From contig JAZKFH010000038.1 in assembly GCA_040386535.1 (NCBI GenBank), positions 151,016 through 215,015 on the forward strand: DNA of 64,000 nt, written 5' to 3'. The notes beneath the pieces are model-generated. The model saw only the letters and a program-made list of their open reading frames with translations. It made no database searches and was not told the DNA's origin. The DNA is from Myxococcota bacterium (GTDB taxonomy: Bacteria > Myxococcota_A > UBA796 > SXON01). The position numbers and the translations under genes were made by a program. Of the stretch, positions 9,200 through 19,026 are shown piece after piece. How positions within the stretch are numbered: the first letter of the stretch is position 1; every line of letters begins with the position of its first letter.

Positions 9200-10425
9200 C
9201 CACGCCCCACCCCGTGCCCGTCCGCCTCGCCGCCCCGCTCCCGCTCCCCTCGGGCGCCGTCCTCCCCAACCGCATCGCCAAGGCCGCCCTCTCCGAGCGC
9301 CTCGGCGGCCCCGACGGCGGGCCGAGCGACGCGCTGATGCGCCTCTGGGACGGCTGGGCCGGCTCCGGCGCGGGCCTGCTCCTCACCGGCAACGTGATGG
9401 TCGAGCGCGCGCACGTGGCCGAGCGCGGCAACGTGGTGGTCGACGCCGAGACCGACGGCGCCGCGCTCGCCGCGTGGGCCCGCCGCGCGAAGGCCGGGGG
9501 GAGCGCCGTCTGGATGCAGATGAACCACCCGGGCCGCCAGGCACCACGTATGGCCGACGCCGCGCCCGTCGCGCCCTCCGCCGTCGCGATGACCATCGGC
9601 TACGGCGCCTTCGCCAGGCCCCGTGCCCTCGAAGACCCCGAGATCCACGCGATCGTGGCGGCCTTCGGCACCGCCGCCGCCCGCGCCGCCGCCGCGGGCT
9701 TCGACGGCGTGCAGATCCACGCCGCCCACGGCTACCTCGCGAACCAATTCCTGTCACCACGCACCAACCTCCGCACCGATGCCTGGGGCGGCGACGCCGT
9801 GGGGCGGCGGCGTTTCCTGCGCGAGGTGTTGCGGGCGGTGCGGACCGCGGTCGGCCCCGGCTTTCCGGTGGGCATCAAGCTCAACAGCGCCGACTTCCAA
9901 CGGGGCGGGTTCGAGGAGGACGAGTCGCTCGACGTGGTGCGCATGGTCGTCGACGAGGGCATCGACCTGCTCGAGATCAGCGGCGGCACGTACGAGGCGC
10001 CCGCGATGTTCGCCGACGGGCCCGGCGCGGTCGTCGCCTCGACCTCGGCGCGTGAGGCCTATTTCCTTGCCTACGCCGAGAAGGTGCGCGCCATCGTGCC
10101 CGTGCCGCTCATGGTCACCGGCGGCTTCCGCACGGTCGCCGGCATGGAGAGCGCGCTCGGCAGCGGCGCCGTCGACGTGATCGGCCTCGGCCGCCCCTTC
10201 TGTGTCGATCCCGGGTTCCCCGCCGAGCTGCTCGCGGGCCGCCAGGACGACGTGCCGCGTCCCAAGTTGGACACCGGCGTCAAGCAGCTCGACGCCATGG
10301 TCCAGGGCGGGTGGTACCTCGCTCAGCTCCACCGCATGGGCGGGGGCGCCCGGCCCGATCTCGGCATGTGGCGGGCGCGCGCGGTGTGGCAGTACCTCGC
10401 GTCGGGCGGGCCGGCGCGGGGGTGA
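9196..10425 (+). CDS. NADH:flavin oxidoreductase (Old Yellow Enzyme family)
   Basis: LPNRIAKAAL, QMNHPGRQ, GFDGVQIHAAHGYLANQFLSPRTNLRTD; GTG overlaps the TetR stop. Confidence 0.93.
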   Translation: MTTPHPVPVRLAAPLPLPSGAVLPNRIAKAALSERLGGPDGGPSDALMRLWDGWAGSGAGLLLTGNVMVERAHVAERGNVVVDAETDGAALAAWARRAKAGGSAVWMQMNHPGRQAPRMADAAPVAPSAVAMTIGYGAFARPRALEDPEIHAIVAAFGTAAARAAAAGFDGVQIHAAHGYLANQFLSPRTNLRTDAWGGDAVGRRRFLREVLRAVRTAVGPGFPVGIKLNSADFQRGGFEEDESLDVVRMVVDEGIDLLEISGGTYEAPAMFADGPGAVVASTSAREAYFLAYAEKVRAIVPVPLMVTGGFRTVAGMESALGSGAVDVIGLGRPFCVDPGFPAELLAGRQDDVPRPKLDTGVKQLDAMVQGGWYLAQLHRMGGGARPDLGMWRARAVWQYLASGGPARG

Positions 10426-10441
10426 CACGTGGGAGCCGCGG

Positions 10442-11614
10442 CTACTTGTCCATGTCCGTCTTCGGCCCGAAGAACGGGAACGAGAACTGCCGCCAGAACC
10501 CGTCGGGCACGTAATCGCCCTTCACGCCGTACTGGTCGGGCCACGCGCGCTCCGACTGGACGGCGGTGCCGAACAAGTGATCGATGAACGCGAAGTGGGC
10601 GGCGTAGTTCTTGTCGATCGCTTCCTTGTCCTGGGAGTGGTGCCAGTGGTGGAAGTTGGGTGTCACGATGAGGTAGCGCAGTGGCCCGAGGCGGATGTTC
10701 ACGTTGCAGTGGTTGAGCACCGCCTGGAAACCCACCACCACGATGTACGCGTCGATGACCTCCTTGCTGAAGCCCAGCACGTAGATGGGCGCGAGGATCA
10801 GCGTGCGCGTGAGAAGCAGCTCCACGAGGTGCTGGCGCGAGCCGCACAACCAATCCATGTGTTTGGCGCTGTGGTGCACCGCGTGCAGCCGCCACAACGC
10901 GGGCACCTCGTGGTAGGCGCGGTGCGTCCAATATTGGACCAGGTCCGCCACGAGCAGGATGAGCAGCAGCCCCACGGGCAGCGGGAGCGCGGCCACCCAC
11001 CCCTGTACGCCGTCCTTCACCGCCCACCCGAAGAAGCGGAACACGAGCAGGTTGGTCGTGAGGAGGATGAACCCGATGACCAGGTGATTGACGATGAAGT
11101 GGTACAGATCCGTCTGCCACTCGGGCCGGAAGATGGGTTGCTCGCGCCGCAGCGGAAACAACTTCTCGATGAAGATGAACAACAGGCCCGACCCCAACAG
11201 ATCGAGGATCAGCCAATCGAGCCCCACGTAGGGCACGTGGTCGGCGAAGTCGGCCACCGGCACCTTGTGCCCGCCCAGCAGCGCCGCGGCGAGCACGAAG
11301 CCGAACGCCGTCGCCGCCACCCACCGCGCGCGCCCGAGCGCGAGGTTCACGATCGAGATGCCGCCCGACGCGACCATCGACCAGAACAACACCCGCCGCA
11401 ACACGTCGACATCGTAGGACCGGCGCAGCTCCGGCGTGGTGAGCGCGGCCGGGAAGTGGAACGCCAGCACGCCGAGCAGGCACAAGAAGCCGAGCACCAG
11501 CGCGAACACGCCGGACACCATCCCCACCCCGCGCGGCAGGTGGCCGTGGGAGTCGGACAGCTCGGTCAGCCGCTTGAAGGACGAAGGCTCGACGGGTTCG
11601 GGCGCGGAGGACAT
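10442..11614 (-). CDS. Sterol desaturase / fatty acid hydroxylase family membrane protein
   Basis: His boxes HRAYH, HAVHH, NH, FHHWHH and NYA; multiple transmembrane helices. Confidence 0.9.
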   Translation of the reverse strand: MSSAPEPVEPSSFKRLTELSDSHGHLPRGVGMVSGVFALVLGFLCLLGVLAFHFPAALTTPELRRSYDVDVLRRVLFWSMVASGGISIVNLALGRARWVAATAFGFVLAAALLGGHKVPVADFADHVPYVGLDWLILDLLGSGLLFIFIEKLFPLRREQPIFRPEWQTDLYHFIVNHLVIGFILLTTNLLVFRFFGWAVKDGVQGWVAALPLPVGLLLILLVADLVQYWTHRAYHEVPALWRLHAVHHSAKHMDWLCGSRQHLVELLLTRTLILAPIYVLGFSKEVIDAYIVVVGFQAVLNHCNVNIRLGPLRYLIVTPNFHHWHHSQDKEAIDKNYAAHFAFIDHLFGTAVQSERAWPDQYGVKGDYVPDGFWRQFSFPFFGPKTDMDK

Positions 11615-11652
11615 CCGGGCGGACTATCCGGGGCGAGGCCCAACCGCGCGTC

Positions 11653-11668
11653 GTTGCGAAAGTGCAAC
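11653..11668. promoter_or_regulatory. GTTGC-N6-GCAAC palindrome in divergent promoter region
   Basis: Inverted repeat between the divergent desaturase and DoxX starts. Confidence 0.3.
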
Positions 11669-11738
11669 CAAAGGTCGCGTAGACACCCCATGGTCGCGTC
11701 CACGCCACGAGCGTACAGGTGTGGCGTCGGAGCCTCCC

Positions 11739-12173
11739 ATGTCCACCGTCTCCTCCTCGACCGCCTCCGTCCCCACCACCGGCAAGGGCCTCCACATCGG
11801 CCTCTGGGTCGTCCAGGGGCTCCTCGCCGCCGCCTTCGGCCTGGCGGGCGTCATGAAGCTCACGACGCCCATCGCCGAGCTCGCCCAGACCCTCCCGTGG
11901 GTCACCGAGTCGGGCGCGGGCCTCGTCCGCTTCATCGGCGCCAGCGAGCTCGCCGGCGCGGTCGGCCTCATCCTGCCCTCCGCGCTCCGCATCCAGCCCA
12001 AGCTGACCGCCCTCGCCGCCGCCGGCCTCGTCCTCGTCATGATCCTCGCCTCCGCCTTCCACCTCTCGCGCGGCGAGGGCGCGGCCGTCCCCGTCAACCT
12101 CGTCCTCGGCGGGCTCGCCGCGTTCGTGGCGTGGGGGCGGTGGTCGGGGCGGCCGATCGCGGCGCGGGGGTGA
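11739..12173 (+). CDS. DoxX family membrane protein
   Basis: LWVVQGLLAAAFGLAGVMKL, RFIGASELAGAVGLILP, FHLSRGE. Confidence 0.9.
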   Translation: MSTVSSSTASVPTTGKGLHIGLWVVQGLLAAAFGLAGVMKLTTPIAELAQTLPWVTESGAGLVRFIGASELAGAVGLILPSALRIQPKLTALAAAGLVLVMILASAFHLSRGEGAAVPVNLVLGGLAAFVAWGRWSGRPIAARG

Positions 12174-12400
12174 GGTCGTTGCCGCATCGTAGGTAGCCGC
12201 ATCCGGGCGCATCCCTGGGCCGAGCCCAGGGTCGGTCCCCTCTGGACTCGGCGCGAGCGCCTCGGTTGCCGCTCCCCGGGCTGCCGCCCGGGCGCGCCGA
12301 ACCGCGCCTCCCTCCGGTCGGCGCGCCCGCCGGGCACCTTGCGCGGGTGGTGGTGGGCGGGGTGGTCAGGGGGCGAGCTTCGCGAGGAGCGCGCCCGAAC

Positions 12401-12600
12401 GGCAACAACTCGGGGTCTCGGCATCGAGCCTCCGAGTTGTTTCCGAACTCTTACGCAACACGACGATTGCTCGACGGGCGAACGCCGGTAATTCATGGTC
12501 GCGACGCGTCAGTGTTGGTCCTGGCGCCTGGCCTGACGCGCGGCGGCGACAATTGCGGCAGCAACTCGGGGTCTCGCCATCGAGCCTCCGAGTTGTTGCC
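12401..12600. repeat. Two 44-bp hairpin repeats (12401-12444, 12557-12600)
   Basis: GGCARCAACTCGGGGTCTCG(G/C)CATCGAGCCTCCGAGTTGTT(T/G)CC twice, 112-bp spacer. Confidence 0.85.
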
Positions 12601-12627
12601 GCGCTGGTGCCGCGGCACGCCGCGGCC

Positions 12628-12729
12628 GCCGCCCGAGCGCGGCCAGCGGCCTGGGCCCGAGCGCGGCCGCGCCGCTCGAGCGCGGCCCGCGGCCTGGGCC
12701 CGAGCGCTGCCGCGCCGCCCGAGCGCGGC
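12628..12729. repeat. 43-bp GC-rich tandem repeat, about 2.4 copies
   Basis: GCCGCYCGAGCGCGGCCMGCGGCCTGGGCCCGAGCGCKGCCGC units at 12628, 12671 and 12714 (partial). Confidence 0.75.
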
Positions 12730-12860
12730 GCTCCGGTCCCCCTGCCCGACCTCCTCCACGCACCACCCCCCCTCCCGGTTCCCCCCAAACCCACCCAAAC
12801 CCCCCACCCGACCGTCCCCACTACCAGCCCCCCGGTGCCCGCCCCCGCCCCCCGCGAACG

Positions 12861-15800
12861 GTGCTACCTTGCGCCCCTTCGGCGGAGCGGCGCGTGCGCA
12901 CGTGGTGGATCGGAGCGGGCGGGCTCTTTGTCGTGACCCAGATGGCGCTCGCGGCGCCGCCCGACGCCACGCCTCCAACTCCGCCGTCGACCACCGCACC
13001 CCCCGCCCCCGCCCCCGCCGCCGCCTCCCCCTTCACCCTCCTCGAAGGCCAGGAGGTCGCCCGCACCCTCCCGCTGCGCGACTTCGCCCAGCAGGTGTTC
13101 GGCTACAACCACGACGGCGGGCGGATCCTCGCGGCCGACGCGGAGGGGCCCGTGCTGCTCGACGTGCGCGGCCAGCCCCGCACGCGCCTGGAGTGCCCCC
13201 AGGATGACGGCGGCGCCGCGATCGACGTGAGTCACGGCCGCGACGGCACCGTGGTGGCCGCGCTCTTCGCGAACGGGCGCGCGTGCGTGTGGGACACCGC
13301 CAACGGGGCGCTGCTCTCCAGCAAGAGCCGCGACATCGCCGCGATGGCCCTGGGCGACCGCGACTCGCTCGTGTACGGCTACGCCGACGGCAAACTCGAA
13401 GGGCGCAACGCCCGGACGGGCGCCCGCCGGTGGCAGCGAAACCCCGATCTGGGCCCGATCGTGCACCTGCGCTTCCAGGCGCGCGGCCCGCTCGTGGCGG
13501 CGAGCACCGGGGCCAATGGCGTGGCGGTGGTCGACACGCGGTCGGGCCGGCTCGTGCGCGGGATCCGCGGGGCGCCGGCGTGGGCGGCGGCGTTCGACCC
13601 GACGAGCGACCGGATGGCGGTCGGCCGCGCGAACGGCCGCGTCGAGCTCTGGAACACGAAGCAGTGGTTCTCGCGCGACACGGTGCGCTTCACGGGCGGG
13701 CAGGTGGTCGACGTCGACTTCTCGCCCGACGGCACGCAGCTCGCCGCGGCCATGGTGACCGGCGAGGGCGCCGCGCGCGTCGTGACGCTCGAGGTGTGGG
13801 ACTTCCCCATCGGCGAGCTCGTGTTCCGCGAGGTCGTGCCCGCCGGCCCCGGCCCCACGCGCACCCGCTTCGACACCAGCGGCGACCGCCTCCTCGCCGG
13901 CAACGGCCCCGGCGCCAACAGCCTCGTGGCGGGCAACGGCCCCGGCGCCTCGCGCCTGTGGAGCCGCCCCGGCGCCCGCCAGATCCCACGCGCGCTCCCG
14001 AACGACGAGCCGCCCCACCACCGGCCCCTCCCCGAGGCCCAGATCCTCGCGGCGCTCACGACGGTCCCCGCCGATCGGACGCTCGCGGGCGCCGTCGCGA
14101 TGGCGCCCGACGGGCGGCAGGTGCTCGTGCGCGCATCCGCCACGCCCGTCGCCCCGACCTCCACCGCCCCCATCCTCTCTCTCGTCGACCTCGCCACCGG
14201 CGAAGCCCGGCCGCTCCCCGGCTCCACCGACGCCGTGGGCCCCTTCGTGTACGCCGCCGAGGGCGGGCGCGTGGGCGCGGTCGTCGGCGGGGCGATGCAC
14301 GTCTGGGACAGCGGCACCGCCGCGCTCCTGGGGCGCGTGTCGCTCGCCGGGCCCACGGCCGCCTCGCTGCTTGGCGAGCGTATCGCCCTCACGACGGCCG
14401 ACGGCAAGGTGTACGTCGGCACGCTCGAACGCATGCGGGCCGTGCCCGGGGTGACCAACGCGACCGCCGTGGCACTCGACCCCCTCCACACCGACCGCGT
14501 GGCCGTGGGCACTGCCGACGGTGGCGTGCGCATCCTCGACGTTCGCAAGGGCGTCGCCGTCGGCCAGTGGGGCATCCACGCCGGGGCCATCGGCGCGCTC
14601 GCGTTCTCGGCGGACGGCCGTTTCCTCGCCACCGCCGGCCCCCGCGCAGGCGGCGACAGCGCCGCGGTCACCGTGCTCGCCGCGCTCCCCGACGACGAGA
14701 CCGACCCGTGGGCCGCCGTGGTCGACACCCTCCCCACCCGCCTCGCCTTCGGAGCCGACGGCGACAGCGTCGTGGCGGTGTCCGCCCGCGGTGTGACCGT
14801 GGTGCGCCGCGAGGTCGGCACCGTGCTCGCGCTCTCCGCCCCCGCGGTCGACGCCGCCTTCTCCACCCTCTCCGCACCTTCTGGCGCCGGCCTGCGCTGG
14901 GTCGACACCCTCGGCGCGGTCCGCCCCGTCACGATCGCCGCCGCCGCGTTGCCGTCCGTCCCTCGCGGCAAGCCCTTCGCCACCTCGGCCGACGGTCGCT
15001 TCTCCGTGACCGCCGACGCCGACCGCATCTCCGTCTGGAACGACCGTTCCGGGCTCCTGTTGCGCGATCTGCCCGCCGCCGGCCAGGCCGCAGTCCGGTG
15101 CGTCTTCGCCGACGACGGCGACACGATCGCGGTGCTCTACGCCGACCGCTCCATCGAGATCTACGAGATCGAGACCGGCGAGGTGCTCCGCAACCTCGAG
15201 GGCCCCCCGGTCGAGACCGGCGACTGGGCCCGCTTCAGCGACGACGGCGCCTTGTTGTGGACCCTGGCCGGCCCCCGCGAGATCGTCGGGTGGGACATCG
15301 CCACGGGCACCGCGCGCGAGCGGCTGGCGGTCCCGGGCGAGGGGCCCCTCCGCGCCGACGACTCCCGCGCGCTGGCCCGCTTCGTGCGTATCAGCGACAC
15401 GACGACGGAGGCGTGGCTCGACACCGCCGCCACCCCGTCCATGCGCCTCACGTACACGTCGGGCGGCTTCCGCCCGGTCGCGGTGCACCCCAACGGCAAG
15501 CTCGTGGCGGCCGTGCAGGAGGGCGGGATCGCGCGCCTGGACGTCGACACCTCGCGCCGCGTCGGGCCGCTCCTGCGCGTCGAGGGCCAGGAGCCCGGCC
15601 GGGCCGCGGCCTTCTCGGCGGACGGCGCGTGGCTCGCCGTCGCCTATTCCACTGGGCTCGTCCGCATCTGGGATCTGCAGCGCAACGTGGTCGTCGCCAG
15701 CCTGGGCGTCGATGCCCGGCAGGTCGGGCGCGCCGCCGCGCTGCCGGTGGCCTCGCTCGCGTTCGACGCCGCCGGCGAGCTCGTCCTCGCGCGCGACCCG

Positions 15801-16697
15801 ACCGGCTATCCGCGGCTCTTCGAGTGGCGCCTCTCGATGGAGGCCCCACAGGCCGGCCTCGGCGCCGGCCCCGTGCTCCCGAGCGCCGAGGTGACCGCCC
15901 TCGCCGTCTCCCCCAACGGCCGCACCCTCTTCAGTGCCCATGGGGACGCGAACGCGCGCGCCTGGGACGTCGTGACCGGCGCCCAGACCGCCTTCTTCTG
16001 GGGCCACGCCGCGCGCATCACCTCGCTCGGCGTGGCCGCGGGCGGCAACCGCCTCGTGACCGGCAGCGAAGACGGCAGCGTGCGCGCGTGGGAGGTCTCG
16101 TCCGCCCTCGAGAAGGTGGCCGTCAACACCTTCGCCGACCCCGTGCGGACCCTCGCCGTGAGCGCCGACGGCTGGCGTTTCGCCGCCCTCGGAGACGCCG
16201 GCGTCTTGCGCACCTGGGACGGCGCCAAGGGCCGCGCTTTGCGACGCTGGGCGCTCCCCGCCCGCCCCGGCGGCCTCCCCGACCTCGAGCTGGGCCCCGC
16301 CGGCGAGCGCCTCGGCGTGGCCTTCCCCGACAACGTCGGCACCGCGTGGCTGCTCGATCCCGCCACGGGTGCGGTGGCGCCGTCGCGCTCGTCCCCGCTG
16401 TCCCGGGAAGCGCCGCCCGTCGGCGACCCCTCCACCATCGCGACCGTACGCGCGCTCGCCGCGGGCCTCTCGCCTATCACGGCCGAGGTCCTGACGCCCG
16501 ACGGCGCCACGCTCGTCACCGCCGGCGCCGACGGCCACATCCGCCTCTGGGACGTGCCCACCGCCTCGCTCCGCGGCACCCTCACGGCGCTGCTCGACGG
16601 CAGCTGGGTCATCGACCGTCCCGACGGCACCCGCTTCGGCAGCGAGTCCTTGCGCGACGGCACGGCGCCGCTGCTGTACCGCCCGCCGCCGCAGTAG
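12861..16697 (+). CDS. Large secreted WD40 / beta-propeller repeat protein (start codon uncertain)
   Basis: Many WD40 blades (AFSADGRFLATAG, GHAARITSL...TGSEDGSVRAWE, TAGADGHIRLWD); signal-like N-terminus and Pro/Thr linker. Confidence 0.88.
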   Translation: MLPCAPSAERRVRTWWIGAGGLFVVTQMALAAPPDATPPTPPSTTAPPAPAPAAASPFTLLEGQEVARTLPLRDFAQQVFGYNHDGGRILAADAEGPVLLDVRGQPRTRLECPQDDGGAAIDVSHGRDGTVVAALFANGRACVWDTANGALLSSKSRDIAAMALGDRDSLVYGYADGKLEGRNARTGARRWQRNPDLGPIVHLRFQARGPLVAASTGANGVAVVDTRSGRLVRGIRGAPAWAAAFDPTSDRMAVGRANGRVELWNTKQWFSRDTVRFTGGQVVDVDFSPDGTQLAAAMVTGEGAARVVTLEVWDFPIGELVFREVVPAGPGPTRTRFDTSGDRLLAGNGPGANSLVAGNGPGASRLWSRPGARQIPRALPNDEPPHHRPLPEAQILAALTTVPADRTLAGAVAMAPDGRQVLVRASATPVAPTSTAPILSLVDLATGEARPLPGSTDAVGPFVYAAEGGRVGAVVGGAMHVWDSGTAALLGRVSLAGPTAASLLGERIALTTADGKVYVGTLERMRAVPGVTNATAVALDPLHTDRVAVGTADGGVRILDVRKGVAVGQWGIHAGAIGALAFSADGRFLATAGPRAGGDSAAVTVLAALPDDETDPWAAVVDTLPTRLAFGADGDSVVAVSARGVTVVRREVGTVLALSAPAVDAAFSTLSAPSGAGLRWVDTLGAVRPVTIAAAALPSVPRGKPFATSADGRFSVTADADRISVWNDRSGLLLRDLPAAGQAAVRCVFADDGDTIAVLYADRSIEIYEIETGEVLRNLEGPPVETGDWARFSDDGALLWTLAGPREIVGWDIATGTARERLAVPGEGPLRADDSRALARFVRISDTTTEAWLDTAATPSMRLTYTSGGFRPVAVHPNGKLVAAVQEGGIARLDVDTSRRVGPLLRVEGQEPGRAAAFSADGAWLAVAYSTGLVRIWDLQRNVVVASLGVDARQVGRAAALPVASLAFDAAGELVLARDPTGYPRLFEWRLSMEAPQAGLGAGPVLPSAEVTALAVSPNGRTLFSAHGDANARAWDVVTGAQTAFFWGHAARITSLGVAAGGNRLVTGSEDGSVRAWEVSSALEKVAVNTFADPVRTLAVSADGWRFAALGDAGVLRTWDGAKGRALRRWALPARPGGLPDLELGPAGERLGVAFPDNVGTAWLLDPATGAVAPSRSSPLSREAPPVGDPSTIATVRALAAGLSPITAEVLTPDGATLVTAGADGHIRLWDVPTASLRGTLTALLDGSWVIDRPDGTRFGSESLRDGTAPLLYRPPPQ

Positions 16698-16706
16698 GAG
16701 GGCATC

Positions 16707-16919
16707 TTGTTCCTGTTCCTGTTGGCAATCGGCTGCGCCGGTGGCGAGTGCGTCGTGTTCCAGGACACCTGCGATTGCGACGCCGCGCCGACCTGCGTGT
16801 CGAGCGCGCAGGCCGAGGCCGAGGATCAGTGCGACATCGACTGCAGCCGCGTGGACTCGGGCGCCCAGCCCCCGGGCACGTGCGCCGCTGACGACGAGGG
16901 GACGTGCCGCTTCGAGTAG
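16707..16919 (+). CDS. Small Cys-rich lipoprotein (70 aa)
   Basis: RBS AGGAGG; MFLFLLAIGC lipobox; eight further Cys. Confidence 0.6.
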   Translation: MFLFLLAIGCAGGECVVFQDTCDCDAAPTCVSSAQAEAEDQCDIDCSRVDSGAQPPGTCAADDEGTCRFE

Positions 16920-17076
16920 GCTGATGTTCACGAGGGCCCTCCGCGGGGTCCGGCGAACCAGGGGTCTCGAACCGCGCCGCCCGCGGGTCCCGGCGCCGCG
17001 GCGGCGCCGACCGCGGGCATGGGCATGCCGCGTTCTTCGTCGGGCGCGCGTGACCGTCACGGCCCTCGCCGCACGG

Positions 17077-17323
17077 TCTCCATGCCTATGCACGTCCCTC
17101 AGTCCGCGAGTACGAGGGCGTCGAGGTCCGAGGTCATGCCCCCTTCAACGCCGCTAAATCGGAGTCATGCCCCCGTGAACGCCCAAATCGAGGCTCGCTC
17201 GGCGCGCCCTCCACGGAGCAAGCGGCGTTTTTCGCGCTGGGACAAGCGCCTTCAGCCTGGATCCGTGCATTCAACCAGACATGACTCCGTGCCGCGTGCA
17301 CTCATGGGGACATGACCCTGCGG
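17077..17323. mobile_element. 247-bp MITE/REPIN-like element, copy 1
   Basis: Same-length copy at 35350-35596; imperfect inverted ends with two GTCATG motifs 31 bp apart on each side. Confidence 0.75.
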
Positions 17324-17595
17324 CTCGGGAGCGACGGCCGGCTGGGACGCGCGGACGCCTGGGCGACGCGCATCGGCATGGGTGTCTCATCCGGCGAGTT
17401 CGGCGCGTCCTGCCTGCTGTCGGACAGGCCCCCGGGGTTCGCCCGCAGCCCGGAACGCTGGGCTTCGCCCCGTTGCGCGCGCCCAAGTGGAGCCCGCACC
17501 GCCACACCAGACCGCGGTGCAAGCACGCATCCCGCGCCAGGTGCCGGGAGGGGCGGCCGCGCGGGCGCGGCCGGATCGGCGCCGCCGGGCGCGCG

Positions 17596-19026
17596 TCAGC
17601 GCCCGGGAGGCGCCAGCCGAGGCCGCAGGCCGCGCCCCGTACGGGACCGCCCCGCAGGGGGGCGCCCGCGTCGTGCCACTCCCACTGCCACCAACCCGAG
17701 CATCCACCCGCTCCCAAGCCGGCCGCCCGTGTCACATCCACAGCCGTCACCGCCGTCATCTGTGTCACCGCCGGTGTCCGTGTCACCCGTGTCGGCTTCC
17801 ACGGGGGCGCATGCCGCCACGTCGGAGGCGCTCCCGAGGCAGGTGAGCACCTTGGTGGAGTCCTCGGCCAACGTCGGGTTGCTGCCGACGAGCCAATACT
17901 CGCCGGCGGGGAGGTCGCCGAGGGCGGTCGGAGTGGTGGTGCCCGCGAAGCTGGCGAGGGCGTCGGTCACGTCGCCGTCGGCGGTGGTGCCGTGCAGGCT
18001 GAACGCGAGCTCGGGGGCGTCGATCTCGGTGGCAAACCACACCTCGCCGCCACCGTGCTCGAGCGTGTAGTAGGTGGCCGCCAACGGGTAGAAACGGTTG
18101 TCGTCCACGATGGCGGCGCCGGAGGCCTCGGCCACGGGGGGGCCGATGCGCGAGGCGAACGGGTAGCTGGGCCCCGCGCCGGAGTAGCGGCCGGAAGCGA
18201 GGTTCCACCGCGCGAAGGTGCTGAAGTCGGCCTGGAGCGATCCGCCGCGCGCGGCCTGGATGTCGGCCATGTCGGCCAGCAGGTCGCCGCCCGTCTCGGA
18301 GGCCTCCAGCAGCTCGATGATCACGTCGTCGCCGTAGCGATCGGAGAGGTACCACCACCAGAGCGCGGTGGCGTAGGCGAACACGGGCACGGGGCCGGCG
18401 GGCGGCTCGTTCAGGGAGCGCCCGGTGTCTTCGAGGTAGGCGTCGCAGAAGGCGAGGAAGTCACTGTTCTCCTCGTCGTAGAGCTCCTCGGCCCACACCG
18501 CCGTGCCCTCGCTGAACCAGACCTCGATGTCGGCGTTGTAGGCGGCCTGGACGGCGTGGAACAACTCGTGCGAGGTGAGCACGCGGATCGCGGTGCTGAC
18601 GTTCGCGTAGCCGTAGCCCGCAAAGTCGTTCTCCATCACGAAGAAGCCGGAGCATTGGGTGGGGCTGGAGGAGCACACCTCGGCGGAATAGTTGCCATCC
18701 GCGTTGCCACCAAAATCGACGAGGTACACGTCCATGGCCTCGCTGCCGCCACGGCCCGCGTCGGAGAGCGGCGCGCGAAAGCCATTGTCGGCGTAGACAC
18801 CGAGCACATCCTCTGCGGTGGTGCCGACCTCGTCCACGAAGTCGGGCACGCCGTTGCCATCGTCGTCCCCCTGCTTGACGAGGTTGGGCCCGTCCGTGCT
18901 GTACCAGACCCGCACGGTGCCCGAGGGGCTGTCGGCCGAGGTCACGGTGTCGCTGCTGTCGAAGCTGAAGAGGCCACCTTCGGTGGGGCGTTGCGCGAGT
19001 GCCAGGCCCGAGAGGAGAAGGATCAC
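17596..19026 (-). CDS. MXAN_6640-family putative zinc metalloprotease with MYXO-CTERM tail
   Basis: HELFHAVQAAY...WFSEGTAVWAEE; DDDGNGVPDFVD; acidic linker, GCGC, transmembrane helix and RR; GTG overlaps the upstream stop. Confidence 0.85.
   Translation of the reverse strand: MILLLSGLALAQRPTEGGLFSFDSSDTVTSADSPSGTVRVWYSTDGPNLVKQGDDDGNGVPDFVDEVGTTAEDVLGVYADNGFRAPLSDAGRGGSEAMDVYLVDFGGNADGNYSAEVCSSSPTQCSGFFVMENDFAGYGYANVSTAIRVLTSHELFHAVQAAYNADIEVWFSEGTAVWAEELYDEENSDFLAFCDAYLEDTGRSLNEPPAGPVPVFAYATALWWWYLSDRYGDDVIIELLEASETGGDLLADMADIQAARGGSLQADFSTFARWNLASGRYSGAGPSYPFASRIGPPVAEASGAAIVDDNRFYPLAATYYTLEHGGGEVWFATEIDAPELAFSLHGTTADGDVTDALASFAGTTTPTALGDLPAGEYWLVGSNPTLAEDSTKVLTCLGSASDVAACAPVEADTGDTDTGGDTDDGGDGCGCDTGGRLGSGWMLGLVAVGVARRGRPPAGRSRTGRGLRPRLAPPGR

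Noticed and set aside
12401..12600. Possible CRISPR repeat-spacer-repeat
   Set aside because: Two copies only, the 112-bp spacer is too long, and no cas genes are present
12864..17093. 1409-aa minus ORF and 1202-aa alternative-frame ORF over the WD40 gene
   Set aside because: Arg/Gly/Ala-rich shadow frames; the WD40 frame carries the recognisable repeats
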